DNA of 64,000 nucleotides, from NCBI GenBank assembly GCA_963731265.1, contig CAVSUE010000001.1, positions 1,824,001-1,888,000 on the forward strand, written 5' to 3'. The DNA is from an uncultured Verrucomicrobiae bacterium (lineage in GTDB: Bacteria; Chlamydiota; Chlamydiia; Chlamydiales; Rhabdochlamydiaceae). Under the pieces are notes generated by a model, which was given only the letters and a program-made list of their open reading frames with translations, ran no database searches and was not told the DNA's origin. Shown here one piece after another: positions 38,278 to 49,041 of this stretch (positions within the stretch are counted from its first letter, which is position 1; the number at the start of each line of letters is the position of its first letter). The position numbers and the translations under genes were made by a program.

Positions 38278-39371
38278 AAGACGTTTGATTTGCGCTTCTT
38301 GAATTTGTCGAGATATTCAAGCGCTTTTCCTGTTCCGAGGCAGACAGCAAGAAGCGGATTGGGTGCGACAATCACCGGAAGCCCTGTTTCTTTGATCAAT
38401 GCTTTGTCCAATCCTTTGATCAGAGCGCCCCCGCCCGCAAGCACCATGCCGCGTTCGACGAGGTCGGCTGCAAGTTCGGGAGGGCATTTTTCAAGAATCA
38501 ATTTAACGCTTTCTACGATCTGTTGAATCGGCTCAAAAAGACATTCCCGAATTTCAACGGAATTGATCCGCTTTGTGATTGGAAGGCCGGCCACTTGGTC
38601 GCGTCCTCGCACTTCCATTTCGAGTTCGTGCTCTCCAAGAGGATAAGCAGACCCGATCGTCATCTTAATTTCTTCAGCGGTGCGCGGCCCGATCATCAAA
38701 TTGTAAGTACGCCGCATGTAATTCACGACGCACTCGTCGAATTCATCGCCAGCAATCCGGAGCGAGCGCGATTCGACAATGCCTCCCAGGGAAATAATGG
38801 CAATCTCGGTGGTACCGCCGCCGATATCGATGATCATATTGGCAAAGGGTTCGTGAACAGGCAGATCGACACCTATCGCCGCTGCCATCGGCTCTTCAAT
38901 CAGGATGACTTCCTGAGCGCCTGCGCGAAGGGCGGAATCTTCAACGGCGCGTTTTTCTACGCCGGTGATCCCGGAAGGAACGGCGATCAGAATTTTCGGA
39001 CGGAACAAGCTGCGTGCAGGAGTCACGCGTTTGAGCAGGGCACGAATCATGCCTTCCGCAATCTCAAAGTCCGCAATGACGCCGTCTTTCATCGGCCTGA
39101 CAGCATGGATTCTGCGGGGCGTTTTACCGAGCATCGCCTTAGCTTTATGACCAACTGCAAGCACTTCGTTCGTCGAAGAATCGACAGCGACGACAGAAGG
39201 TTCGGCCAAAACAATTCCCTTGCCGCGCACATACACGAGCGTATTGGCGGTTCCCAAGTCAATTCCGATATCGTTGGAAAAAATTCCGGAGACCTGTCCG
39301 AATTTGTCAAAGATCCTTCGGCCAACTTTGTTGAATACTTGTTTTAAACCGGATTGTTGTGGTACAGTCAT
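38274..39371 (-). CDS. mreB: Rod-shape determining protein MreB
   Basis: [45 protein letters not shown]. Confidence 0.97.
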   Translation of the reverse strand: MTVPQQSGLKQVFNKVGRRIFDKFGQVSGIFSNDIGIDLGTANTLVYVRGKGIVLAEPSVVAVDSSTNEVLAVGHKAKAMLGKTPRRIHAVRPMKDGVIADFEIAEGMIRALLKRVTPARSLFRPKILIAVPSGITGVEKRAVEDSALRAGAQEVILIEEPMAAAIGVDLPVHEPFANMIIDIGGGTTEIAIISLGGIVESRSLRIAGDEFDECVVNYMRRTYNLMIGPRTAEEIKMTIGSAYPLGEHELEMEVRGRDQVAGLPITKRINSVEIRECLFEPIQQIVESVKLILEKCPPELAADLVERGMVLAGGGALIKGLDKALIKETGLPVIVAPNPLLAVCLGTGKALEYLDKFKKRKSNVL

Positions 39372-39383
39372 ATGATTAAAAGT

Positions 39384-42300
39384 TTAAGTCTTGAGAAGTT
39401 CGAGAACGTCTTCCCACGTGAGTTTAGCAATTGCCTCATCATCGCAGCTTATGACTTTCTTGACCAATCCTTTTTTCTTCTTCTGCATCTCGGCAATCTT
39501 CTCTTCGATTGTATTCAAGGTGATCAGCTTGTAGGAAGAGACGGAATTTTTTTGTCCCATGCGATGCACACGGTCCGTGGCCTGCGATTCAACGGCAGGA
39601 TTCCACCACATATCATAATGGATAACGGTGTCCGCTCCGACAAGATTGAGTCCGGTTCCACCGGCTTTCAAAGAAACCAGGAAAACCGGGATGTTGACGT
39701 CTTCGTTGAATTGTTTGACGACCTCGAGGCGGTTTTTGCTCGACCCGTCCAAATAGGCGAAAGGAATCCCCTTGGCCTCGAAATCTTCGCTCATGATCTG
39801 CAGCATGCGCGTATACTGTGAGAAAATCACTGTTTTGTGTTTTCCCTCGATCAAAGTTTGCAGCAGCTCGAGAAGCATTTCATATTTGGCGGAATCGCCG
39901 CTCTCAGCCTTTTCTTTGGCGAAGATGGCGGGGTGGCAGCAGATCTGTTTGAGCCGGGTAAGAGTCGCCAGCACATGGATCTGCACACGGTCGAATCCAT
40001 CGCGCTGAACAAGCTTCACAAGTTCATCCCGCGCCGATTCTGCGTAGGAACGATAGAGTTCCTGCTGCACATCGCTGAGCTGGCAGTGGTAGACGAGCTC
40101 CGAAACAGGAGGCAGGTCGTCAAGCACGTCCACCTTCATCCGGCGCAAGATAAAAGGGGCAACTTTTTTACGCAAATATTCGATATTTTTTGTTTGGTCC
40201 TTGCCAGAGATGCGAATGTATTTTTCCACAAACCTGTCGTAGGTTCCCAGAAACCCCGGCATTAAGAAATCGAACAGACTCCACAGTTCGTCAAGAGAAT
40301 TTTCGATCGGCGTACCGGAAAGAATCAGACGATGTTCCGCATGGACCATTTTGACCGATTTGGCATTGCGCGTGCCGCGGTTTTTAATGTGCTGGGCCTC
40401 ATCGAGGATGACGTAAGTGAAATTTGTGGCTTTGTAGGATTCGATATCTTTTTGCAGCAAAGTATACGAAGTGATCATCACGTCGTAATTTTGCATCTGG
40501 TCGATCAACTTCTTTCGATTGGAAGGAATGCCATCGACAACGGTCACTTTGAACTTGGGATTGAATTTGGCAAACTCTTCTTTCCAGTTATAGAGCAGCG
40601 ACGTCGGGCAGACGATCAAGGCACGGCTCGTTTTTTTCTTCATATGCTGCGTCAGAGCGACGATAGCCTGCAGGGTTTTGCCAAGCCCCATGTCGTCGGC
40701 CAAAATCCCGTTCAGGAACATGAGGCGCAAACGCTCCAGCCACCGTACGCCTTCCTGCTGATACCCTCTCAATACCGCTCTGATATCGCTAGGAACTTCG
40801 GAGAAGGTCAACAATTTTTCGCCAAGCATTTGTTTGCGGATCTCGATCAGATTCTCCGTCATCGTAAATTCAACGGGAAGGCCTTCAAATTGCGTAGCGT
40901 CGATATTAGCAAGGCTCCATAGCGGCCGCTGCATCTTGTAGTCTTCCATCACTTCGATCCCCATCTCGTCGAAAAGCTGGATCACGCCATTCAACCTGTC
41001 CAGATCCAGCACCAGGATCTTGGGCATTTTATTGCCCTCAGCACTTTTCTTTCCTTTTGATTTCGGCGAATCGAGCTCGATAAAAGAGCGTTTGGCGCTC
41101 ATGCATTCCCATAATTGATCCAGGCGGACGCCCTTGAGCGCGCCGTCGACAATCAGCTCGATCTCGTAAGCATCGATGCGGGATGTGTGGCTCAATTTCA
41201 AGATAAACCTGGTTTGATCATAGATGAATTGATCGAGCAGATTCTGCGGACAGTTGAAAGTCACGCGATGTTGATTCCGCGGAATCACATCAGTCATAAA
41301 TTCGACGATTTTCTTCTCGGACTTGGAAACGTAGACGCCGCTTTCGGGATTAAAAATAAAATCCTGGAATAAATCTTCTAAAATCTGGCGCTCTTCGACA
41401 AGATTGCGCGCTAGAATTCCTTCCTTAGTGGTAAACGATCTCACATCTTCAAAGGTCAACTTTGAAGCTGTCGAAGGAATTTTATGTTTGTCGTAAATGA
41501 AGTGCAGGCTTGCATCGAGCTCTCCATCGAGATAGGAAATTTCGCAAACGGCTTCGACATTGCCCACAAAAGGAAGCGTGACGAAATCTTCAATCGCTTC
41601 CTGGTGTGCGACCTCGGCGTACCGGGCAAGCTGCGGAAGTGAGTTTTCGACAAATGTGCCGAACAATGGCTCGGGGATCGTCATATCCCGGATCTGAAGC
41701 AAATTGCGCAAATGCACGCGGGTGATATTATCCTGGAACCGATAATACGCATTTTTGTAGAGCATCCCCGGCTTAGCGCATTCGAAAAAGCGGACGTCCT
41801 CCAAAGTGATAGGCTCCTCTGCAATTAAGATATGCGGATTGACGAGAATTTTCGACGTCGGAGGGCGGATATATTCCAACGAAAAACGCAAACACGCGTG
41901 AATGGGCGAAAAACGCAGTGGCGTCTCCATCGTTCCCTCGTAAAGCCCTGGCAAAGCCGGGAAGTCGTCTTCCTGGCCGACAAATCCCTGTTTTTTATAT
42001 TGCTGCGAAGCCATATCATAAGTCTTTGCCAAAATCATACCGAAGGATTCCAGGTCAAGCTGCGCCACACGCAGGGCACGCTCCGAATTGGTATTTTCAT
42101 GAAACCGCGCTTGATCGCGGACCATCCGTATGATTTCTTGCTGAGCAGGATCGAAAGATTTGAGCGAAAAGCAGTATTTTTTCCCGCCGATAAAGATCGA
42201 TTCCTCGTAACGGAGCGCCTCTAAAAAAGGCTTGATTTGAGGAACATAAAGAGGCTTGGAGCGGAAAGGAAGCCGAAGAGCGACCTGAATTTCGACAATC

Positions 42301-42869
42301 CCTTTATGATCATTTTCCTGAGGGTTGAAGATCAAAGCAAATTCAGCCCGATCGACATCCTGCTTTTCCTGAGCGCGGAAAAAAGGGGAAGCCGCGAGAA
42401 GCTGGGAAGAGACTACATACTCTTGTAGCAATTGCTTTTGATACTGTTCTTCCTGCCGCTGTGATTCCTTGGACTCCGCCTCTTTGATCTTCTCCAAAAG
42501 CTTCTTTTGCTCTTCTTTGTCAATCCCCGGTTTTCCACCTGACTTTATATCGTTTTCCTTTGAATAGGCAACAAGGATCTTATCGATATTCTCTTCAAGA
42601 TAGAATAGAACAGCCGCCAAATGCTGGCAATCATAGTTGTAAGGACAATCGCAATCCGAATCGATCGTTTCGCAGTCCTGCCTGTCGATTTCGATCTCAC
42701 TTTCATAGCAGTTATCGAATTGCCCCAGCACCCTTGCTGAGACCCGCATCAGCTTGGCGTCCAGGTGGATCAACTTGGCCGAAACGACTTTCTGCAAGTC
42801 GTAAAGTTCACGCCCCTCTTTGACGATCGAAGAGGAAAAGTCTTGCTTCAGCTTGCGAAAGTTTAACAT
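39384..42869 (-). CDS. SWI2/SNF2 helicase with N-terminal SWIM zinc finger
   Basis: CDCPYNYDCQH (SWIM), LADDMGLGKT, LDEAQHIKN, LSGTPIEN, FSQY, SLKAGGTGLNL, QATDRVHRMGQ. Confidence 0.95.
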   Translation of the reverse strand: MLNFRKLKQDFSSSIVKEGRELYDLQKVVSAKLIHLDAKLMRVSARVLGQFDNCYESEIEIDRQDCETIDSDCDCPYNYDCQHLAAVLFYLEENIDKILVAYSKENDIKSGGKPGIDKEEQKKLLEKIKEAESKESQRQEEQYQKQLLQEYVVSSQLLAASPFFRAQEKQDVDRAEFALIFNPQENDHKGIVEIQVALRLPFRSKPLYVPQIKPFLEALRYEESIFIGGKKYCFSLKSFDPAQQEIIRMVRDQARFHENTNSERALRVAQLDLESFGMILAKTYDMASQQYKKQGFVGQEDDFPALPGLYEGTMETPLRFSPIHACLRFSLEYIRPPTSKILVNPHILIAEEPITLEDVRFFECAKPGMLYKNAYYRFQDNITRVHLRNLLQIRDMTIPEPLFGTFVENSLPQLARYAEVAHQEAIEDFVTLPFVGNVEAVCEISYLDGELDASLHFIYDKHKIPSTASKLTFEDVRSFTTKEGILARNLVEERQILEDLFQDFIFNPESGVYVSKSEKKIVEFMTDVIPRNQHRVTFNCPQNLLDQFIYDQTRFILKLSHTSRIDAYEIELIVDGALKGVRLDQLWECMSAKRSFIELDSPKSKGKKSAEGNKMPKILVLDLDRLNGVIQLFDEMGIEVMEDYKMQRPLWSLANIDATQFEGLPVEFTMTENLIEIRKQMLGEKLLTFSEVPSDIRAVLRGYQQEGVRWLERLRLMFLNGILADDMGLGKTLQAIVALTQHMKKKTSRALIVCPTSLLYNWKEEFAKFNPKFKVTVVDGIPSNRKKLIDQMQNYDVMITSYTLLQKDIESYKATNFTYVILDEAQHIKNRGTRNAKSVKMVHAEHRLILSGTPIENSLDELWSLFDFLMPGFLGTYDRFVEKYIRISGKDQTKNIEYLRKKVAPFILRRMKVDVLDDLPPVSELVYHCQLSDVQQELYRSYAESARDELVKLVQRDGFDRVQIHVLATLTRLKQICCHPAIFAKEKAESGDSAKYEMLLELLQTLIEGKHKTVIFSQYTRMLQIMSEDFEAKGIPFAYLDGSSKNRLEVVKQFNEDVNIPVFLVSLKAGGTGLNLVGADTVIHYDMWWNPAVESQATDRVHRMGQKNSVSSYKLITLNTIEEKIAEMQKKKKGLVKKVISCDDEAIAKLTWEDVLELLKT

Positions 42870-43220
42870 AGGTGGTCGGTCTGCTTTTTTTTATTTTTGG
42901 GATTATCTTTTTTAGAGGATGCCAGAGCACACAAAAGGGAATCGATTTCCGAGTGGAATGGCAGACTCTAAAATGCTTTTACATTTTTTGGGGATGAGTT
43001 GCAAGAATATTTGAAAAAAGGGCGGAAAAAGATCCTTTGCGCGGCTAATTTCCATAAAGGTCTTATAGTCAATACCTTAAAGAAATCTGCTCATCTAACC
43101 ATAAGCTGTTAACGTTTGTCGCTTTAAATAACTAGAAATTATTAAAAAAATTTAAACAAAAACTAATGAAAACAAAGACTGTTTAATATAAAATAATAAT
43201 AAACAATAAAAAGGTCTTTC

Positions 43221-44702
43221 ATGTCAGTATCAGGTTCAGATTCTCCGCATCCTTCTTCGCTCGTGGGCGGGGTTGGTGCCGAATTGCATTTAGGCTCATC
43301 ATCTTCCCCTGTGCGCACCATAGACGTGGACGCGGTTATAAACCGGCCCGGCCAGCAGACCCCCCCCTCCCCTCCACCTGGTCCGAATGACCTTACCGTT
43401 AATATGAGTAGAGCCGACGCGAATGATAATAACCTTGCAATTGACATTAGAAGAGTCGACGCGGTGGCAAGGAAAACGATCGTATTCAATGACTTAGGAT
43501 CTACTGCAAGTCAATTAACAATTAAACGTTCGAAACAGGACCAGATTGACCAGGCTTATCGCAAGCTGCGGGAATTAGCTACTCCGGCAGGGGCTAATAA
43601 ATGTAGCTTCAATCTTTCGAAGATGACAGTTCGGTATGAGCTAGGTGGGGTCGAACATCTAAGCGATTTGCAAGAACTCGTGGAGGGCAATCAGGCGATC
43701 CGGGAGGCCTACGAAACTCTGGATGACCTTGTTCAACCCATTTGGGGAGGCCCTACGAAAAGTCAATTGATTGAAAAAGGAAGTAAATCTTCGAGTAATA
43801 GCGCTAAACCGATGGTGCGCAACACTGAAGCCCTTATAGCTCCAAATCTTCCTAAAGTTCAATATGCGGATACAGCCAAGCTGACCCTAGAGTTGTATGC
43901 AAAAAGCGGGGTTGACGCCGGAAAGCAGCAAGAAGCCCTCAAACGTATCACTGGGGTTGAAAAGCTGATCAATCTTCTCATCACCCACCTCACCACAGAA
44001 ATTGGGCAGGCAGAAGCCAGCCTGAGCAATCCAGCAACTCCTGCTGCGGATAAACCTGGTATCCAGGCCAATTTGAGAGAAATGAACGCTTTGAAAACAA
44101 AACTGGACGCTGATCGACTGGGACTCTATGTTGCAGTTGCTTTTGCGCCACATCCCCGCCATCCAAATTCAATTCAGGCCCTTGCCGACGCCAATCGAGC
44201 AGCCAAAATTGCCCAGGAAATTCTCCAGGAGCATCTGGAAAGCGTCCGTGACCGACTTATGCATAAAAATGTCCGCGCACGATTCCGGGAATGGAAATTC
44301 CTTCCGGAATTTATTAGAGGAAAAGAAGATCCGATCTACGAAAACAAAGAATATGGCATTGATGTGGCCGGACTGATCTTCTCCTCACTTCCGATCGCCC
44401 TCGCGAGAAAGGGATATTTGGATTACATTCAAGGCCAGCAGTCGATCCAAAAAATTGAGGGTATAGAGGATGCGATCCTACGCTTTGCTCTAGCAGGAGA
44501 TCAAAGTATCCCGTCTATCGATTCTCTGATCGAACGCTTGAGCAATGGTCCACTTAAGCTACGCATGCAACAAACATTCACTCAATCAAAAACGGATGCG
44601 CAAAACATCCTCAACGGGAGAACAGACTTAACCATTCCAAACGCGGCAGGGACCGACTTTGGGGCCCAGGTCGACCGTTTGAAGGCAGCCCATTTTCCTT
44701 AA
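43221..44702 (+). CDS. Hypothetical 493-aa protein, candidate T3SS effector
   Basis: Ser/Pro-rich disordered N-terminus, helical body, no signal peptide, AT-rich upstream region. Confidence 0.7.
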   Translation: MSVSGSDSPHPSSLVGGVGAELHLGSSSSPVRTIDVDAVINRPGQQTPPSPPPGPNDLTVNMSRADANDNNLAIDIRRVDAVARKTIVFNDLGSTASQLTIKRSKQDQIDQAYRKLRELATPAGANKCSFNLSKMTVRYELGGVEHLSDLQELVEGNQAIREAYETLDDLVQPIWGGPTKSQLIEKGSKSSSNSAKPMVRNTEALIAPNLPKVQYADTAKLTLELYAKSGVDAGKQQEALKRITGVEKLINLLITHLTTEIGQAEASLSNPATPAADKPGIQANLREMNALKTKLDADRLGLYVAVAFAPHPRHPNSIQALADANRAAKIAQEILQEHLESVRDRLMHKNVRARFREWKFLPEFIRGKEDPIYENKEYGIDVAGLIFSSLPIALARKGYLDYIQGQQSIQKIEGIEDAILRFALAGDQSIPSIDSLIERLSNGPLKLRMQQTFTQSKTDAQNILNGRTDLTIPNAAGTDFGAQVDRLKAAHFP

Positions 44703-44705
44703 AGA

Positions 44706-45935
44706 TTATGCCGTATGAGATCGGATAATCTGTGGCTGCTCGCGCTTAATCACGCAATCCCTATCGACAACGATCTCTTTGATCGTGGGATCGGAAGGGA
44801 CGTCGAACATCAGCTCTAAGAGCAAATTTTCAACGATCATTCGCAAAGCCCTCGCCCCTGTGCCTGTTTCCTTAGCCTTCTCCCCCATAGCCCTTAAAGC
44901 CTCTTCTGTGAAGCGCAATTGGACGTTTTCTTCATGGAAAAGCTGCTGATATTGCTTGATGATGGCGTTCTTTGGCTTGACGAGGATTTCTACAAGGTCG
45001 TCTATCGTCAGCTCATTGCAATTGGCGATGCTGTTGAATCTACCGACAAACTCGGGGATCATGCCAAAGGAAATCAAGTCCTCAGGCTCTACTTTAGAAA
45101 GAAGGTAGTTAATCTCATTGGCATCGAAAGTCCGGCTTTCATCAGCCGCAAAACCAATCGTGCTCTTCCCCAGCCGCTTGGCGATAATTTTCTCCAAATG
45201 GACAAAAGCTCCTCCGACAATGAAGAGGATATTCTGGGTATTCACGCGGATATACTCTTGGTTAGGGTGCTTGCGGCCCCCTTTAGGAGGTACATTAGCG
45301 ATCGTCCCTTCGACAATTTTAAGCAGGGCCTGCTGGACCCCTTCCCCCGAGACATCACGCGTAATGGAGACGTTGCCGGTGGTTTTGCGTATTTTGTCGA
45401 TTTCGTCCACGTAGATAATACCCATTTCCGCACGGGCGATATCGTAATCCGCGGCCTGGACCAGACGTAGGATGATATTTTCGACGTCTTCGCCCACGTA
45501 GCCTGCCTCTGTCAAAGTCGTGGCATCAGCGATCGCAAAAGGCACGTCCAGTAGGGCGGCAAGTGTACGGGCGATCAAGGTTTTGCCCGAGCCTGTAGGG
45601 CCTAGCAGAAGGACATTGGACTTGCTGTATTCGACCTCTCCTTCTTTATGCAAGGCGCGGATCCGTTTGTAGTGATTGTAGACGGCTACGGAAATTGTCT
45701 TTTTGGCCTTGTCCTGGCCAATGACATACTCGTCGAGGGCTTCTTTGATTTCTTTTGGTTTTAAAAACTTTAGCTCATGATGGATAGGTTTTTTTTCAAC
45801 GATTTCCATGCAGAGGCGTACGCATTTATCGCAAATGTAAGAATCAGGACCCGAGATCAATTTCTCGACGGCGTCTTCCGGGCGGCCGCAAAATGAGCAC
45901 TGAGCGCCTGCCTCTTTCTCTTTTTTGTTATTCAT
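44706..45935 (-). CDS. clpX: ATP-dependent Clp protease ATPase subunit
   Basis: CSFCG...ICDKC zinc finger, [36 protein letters not shown] loop. Confidence 0.97.
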   Translation of the reverse strand: MNNKKEKEAGAQCSFCGRPEDAVEKLISGPDSYICDKCVRLCMEIVEKKPIHHELKFLKPKEIKEALDEYVIGQDKAKKTISVAVYNHYKRIRALHKEGEVEYSKSNVLLLGPTGSGKTLIARTLAALLDVPFAIADATTLTEAGYVGEDVENIILRLVQAADYDIARAEMGIIYVDEIDKIRKTTGNVSITRDVSGEGVQQALLKIVEGTIANVPPKGGRKHPNQEYIRVNTQNILFIVGGAFVHLEKIIAKRLGKSTIGFAADESRTFDANEINYLLSKVEPEDLISFGMIPEFVGRFNSIANCNELTIDDLVEILVKPKNAIIKQYQQLFHEENVQLRFTEEALRAMGEKAKETGTGARALRMIVENLLLELMFDVPSDPTIKEIVVDRDCVIKREQPQIIRSHTA

Positions 45936-45937
45936 AG

Positions 45938-46543
45938 CTACTTGGTTACAATAGGTGTTTTTGGGCCCTGCGAAGCGACTTTATCGATAAATCCGTAAGC
46001 CACAGCCTCTTCGGGGTTCATCCAGAAATCGCGTTCGGAATCTTCCATAATTTTCTTAAACGACTGACCGGAAAGGTCTGCCATGATTTGAGCGCACATC
46101 TTTTTGAGCTCGAGGATTTCTTTCGCTTGAAGGGCAATATCGGCAGAAGTTCCTCCGATTCCCCCTGAAGGCTGGTGGATCATGATCCGGCTATTGGGGA
46201 GTGCGAACCGTTTCCCTTTTGTCCCCGCGGCGAGCAAAAGAGCTCCCATGGAGGCTGCTTGCCCTAAGCAATAGGTGTTGATATCGTATCCCATGAAGCG
46301 CATCGTGTCGTAAATCGCAAGGCCGGCCGTGATCATCCCCCCTGGTGAATTGACGTAGATGTTGACGTCTTTCTTGGGGTCTTCCGCACGCAAGAAAAGA
46401 AGCTGCGCAATGACAGTGTTAGCCACTTGGTCATTGATTTCGGTTCCGATAAATACGATCCTGTCTTTCAAAAGGCGGGAGTAGATGTCCATGGCGCGTT
46501 CGCCGCGACCAGTATCTTCAATGACATAGGGGATTGAGTACAT
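45938..46543 (-). CDS. clpP: Clp protease proteolytic subunit (ClpP2 type)
   Basis: [28 protein letters not shown]. Confidence 0.97.
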   Translation of the reverse strand: MYSIPYVIEDTGRGERAMDIYSRLLKDRIVFIGTEINDQVANTVIAQLLFLRAEDPKKDVNIYVNSPGGMITAGLAIYDTMRFMGYDINTYCLGQAASMGALLLAAGTKGKRFALPNSRIMIHQPSGGIGGTSADIALQAKEILELKKMCAQIMADLSGQSFKKIMEDSERDFWMNPEEAVAYGFIDKVASQGPKTPIVTK

Positions 46544-46682
46544 GATTCAGAACCTCAAAAGGCTTTATTAATTAACTTCAGTATGGCGGATGAAACGTTA
46601 ATCTGCAAGCCACAGTGTTTATACCTGACTCGGGCATAAAATCCAAGTTTATGGCCGAGCCAATAAAGAGAGAACCGAACTT

Positions 46683-46745
46683 GTAATAGGCCGTCTGCGA
46701 TTCATGTCGTGTGCAAACGACAAATCGCAAACAGCCCCTAACTAC
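46683..46745. repeat. REP-like imperfect hairpin between tig and clpP
   Basis: GTAATAGGCCGTCTGCGATT...AATCGCAAACAGCCCCTAACTAC; a second hairpin CTCGGGCATAAA / TTTATGGCCGAG lies at about 46629-46659. Confidence 0.45.
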
Positions 46746-46760
46746 CTAACGTGTAATTGA

Positions 46761-48089
46761 TTACTCGCTTTGCGTTACGGCATTCTGAATCACGAAATCC
46801 TCGGCTTTTTCGAGGACTAATCGGGAGAATGCTTCGGCGTGCTCGATCTCCGTGTTGCGTTGGTGGTGATACATTTTCTGTGGGTTGATCAACATCTCCA
46901 AAGGTGAAGTGGATGGCGGGGGAATATCGGTTGCGGAAATGCGGATATTGGCGTCGGCGACGATTTGACGGCAGAGATAGAACATCCGGACAGCCTTTTC
47001 AGATTGCTGGTAGACCGTTTGAATCGTTTTTTTTCTATCCTCGGCGTTCAATTTTTCCCAATATTGATTAAATTCCTGGTCTTGCAAAAGCTGGCGGAAG
47101 CGAAATTGCGTCTCTTTTTCGATGAGGGTTGCAGGCAGATCAAACGGATGGTTATTCAGCAAGAATTCGTTGACTTGTTCGCGCTGCGCTTCTTGAACGT
47201 GAGCATCGGCTTGGTTGTTGAGCAGGTGGGTGATCTTAGTATGCATATCTTCAATGGAAGTAGCGCCTAATTTTTGAACAAAGGCATCGGTCAGCTCAGG
47301 AAGAGTTGCAGTATCGACCGATTTGATGGTGATGCGCACTTTTTTTGGCTTGAGTTGCTCTTTGTCTTCTTTAGAAGCGTCCTCATCAGGCACGCTCATT
47401 CCCTCCATGGAGTCGCCGGTCTTTTTGCCGATGACAAGTTCACGCATCCATTTGGCCATCGATTTTTCCGTGACCTCAAAGCGCGTATGGGAAAAAAGCG
47501 GCGTTGAAGGGGTGTCCTCAATCACATCGACATCTAAAAGGACGAAATCGCCTTCCTGAACAGGCCGATCGTGCACACCCTGCCAGTTTGCAAAGAAAAG
47601 TTGAATCTGGCGGATGGTCTCATTGATTTTGTCTTCGTTGACATCAGGCCGCTTGACAGACTTCAATTGCATTTGTTTGGGGTCTATGCGGGGAACTTTT
47701 GGCTCTGTCTCTAAAGAAAGCGTCAATAGAGCTCCCTTTGACGAATGGCTTTTTAGATTATAGGTGATTTTTGCGTCGCGATGAAGAACAGGGACTTTGG
47801 CGAGTTTTTCACATTCCTGGAAACAGGCATTGGCAATCTGCTGCTGCCATTCTTTGTCCAATTCTTTAGGGTAGTTTTTGATGATCATTTCTTCAGGGGC
47901 TTTTCCTTTGCGGAACCCGTGCAGTGTCACTTCTTTGGCGATCAATCGGGCGGCTTTTTTATGTGCATTTTTAACGAGCGGTTCAAAAGCTTCGATATCG
48001 AATTCGACAACGCAGGCGGGTTTATGATGGATTGTAAAACGGACGTTTTCGTTCTGCAATTCCTGATGTTCAGCTGCCGTTTGTTCCAT
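46761..48089 (-). CDS. tig: Trigger factor
   Basis: LHGFRKGKAP ribosome-binding motif, DRPVQEGDFVLLD FKBP domain, FDLPATLIEKE; upstream of clpP-clpX. Confidence 0.92.
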   Translation of the reverse strand: MEQTAAEHQELQNENVRFTIHHKPACVVEFDIEAFEPLVKNAHKKAARLIAKEVTLHGFRKGKAPEEMIIKNYPKELDKEWQQQIANACFQECEKLAKVPVLHRDAKITYNLKSHSSKGALLTLSLETEPKVPRIDPKQMQLKSVKRPDVNEDKINETIRQIQLFFANWQGVHDRPVQEGDFVLLDVDVIEDTPSTPLFSHTRFEVTEKSMAKWMRELVIGKKTGDSMEGMSVPDEDASKEDKEQLKPKKVRITIKSVDTATLPELTDAFVQKLGATSIEDMHTKITHLLNNQADAHVQEAQREQVNEFLLNNHPFDLPATLIEKETQFRFRQLLQDQEFNQYWEKLNAEDRKKTIQTVYQQSEKAVRMFYLCRQIVADANIRISATDIPPPSTSPLEMLINPQKMYHHQRNTEIEHAEAFSRLVLEKAEDFVIQNAVTQSE

Positions 48090-48115
48090 TCCCTTGCTCC
48101 TTTATTTTTATCAAT

Positions 48116-48187
48116 AGCGGGTGATGAGGCTCGAACTCACGACCCTCACGTTGGCAACGTGATGCTCTACCACTGAGCTACACCCGC
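48116..48187 (-). tRNA. tRNA-Gly (GCC), copy 1
   Basis: GCGGGTGTAGCTCAGTGGTAGAGCATCACGTTGCCAACGTGAGGGTCGTGAGTTCGAGCCTCATCACCCGCT. Confidence 0.95.
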
Positions 48188-48205
48188 AAAAAATCATTTA
48201 AAACA

Positions 48206-48277
48206 AGCGGGTGATGAGGCTCGAACTCACGACCCTCACGTTGGCAACGTGATGCTCTACCACTGAGCTACACCCGC
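48206..48277 (-). tRNA. tRNA-Gly (GCC), copy 2 (identical to copy 1)
   Basis: Same 72-nt sequence, 90 bp away. Confidence 0.95.
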
Positions 48278-48286
48278 AAAAACATC

Positions 48287-48464
48287 CTGGTGGTCCGTGA
48301 CCAAAATTCTTGGAGCAATTTCGGCGTCAAAGCCGCTGAAATCGACGATCGCAAGTTGATTCGTATTGCATTAATACGGATCAACTTGCAAAGCCTGCGG
48401 TCGTCGATTTGAGCGAGCTTTCATGCTCGAAATTGTCCCAAGAACTTTTGTCAGGGACCACTAG
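48287..48464. mobile_element. Palindromic MITE-like element (family D) inside the tRNA-Gly cluster
   Basis: Ends CTGGTGGTCCGTGACCAAAATTCTTGG / CCAAGAACTTTTGTCAGGGACCACTAG; central GCAAGTTGATTCGTATT / AATACGGATCAACTTGC. Confidence 0.8.
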
Positions 48465-48465
48465 T

Positions 48466-48538
48466 AGCGGGTGATGAGGTTCGAACTCACGACCCTCACG
48501 TTGGGAACGTGATGCTCTGCCAGTTGAGCTACACCCGC
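48466..48538 (-). tRNA. tRNA-Gly (CCC)
   Basis: GCGGGTGTAGCTCAACTGGCAGAGCATCACGTTCCCAACGTGAGGGTCGTGAGTTCGAACCTCATCACCCGCT. Confidence 0.93.
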
Positions 48539-48556
48539 AAAATCATACCAACTATA

Positions 48557-48601
48557 TACTGCTTCCACTTGAAAGTTAGGGAAATTTCAATTTCAGCAGT
48601 A
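48557..48601. mobile_element. 45-bp deletion derivative of the family C element, TA-flanked
   Basis: TA-TACTGCTTCCACTTGAAAGTTAGGGAAATTTCAATTTCAGCAGTA-TA; matches the ends of the 58222-58402 element. Confidence 0.75.
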
Positions 48602-49041
48602 TAGCCTAGCAGTTTTTTTTGGATCAAGAAATTGCTGAAAATGCAAAGAAACGATGCATTTGATTAACGCCAGTTTTGGAAAAGCCTCCTAGAGGGGGAA
48701 CGCGACGTACCCCCGATCCTGCCCTTTTTACACGAAACCCTCCTTAATATATATGGCCAGATGCATAAACCCCTTAATCATAGTGATCCGACTCACCCAT
48801 AACTCCAACATGACCGATGAAATACAAACTATTAACCCATAATGACTTGTGTATAGAATAATTTTAAAGTTTTAATAAACAAACGATTAAAGATCAGCGA
48901 CTAACGCACATTATGATTATAAATGAAATGTTGGTTTATTTTAAAAATTATATTTAAATTATATGGACAAACAGTTAAAATTATACTTGAGGGAGTACAA
49001 GATCATGCAAATACTCCTGAAAATTTTAATTAGGTAATAAT

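Noticed and set aside
48116..48277. 72-bp direct repeat considered as an attL/attR pair or CRISPR-like repeat
   Set aside because: Both copies are complete tRNA genes 18 bp apart, with no integrase, cas genes or spacer array.
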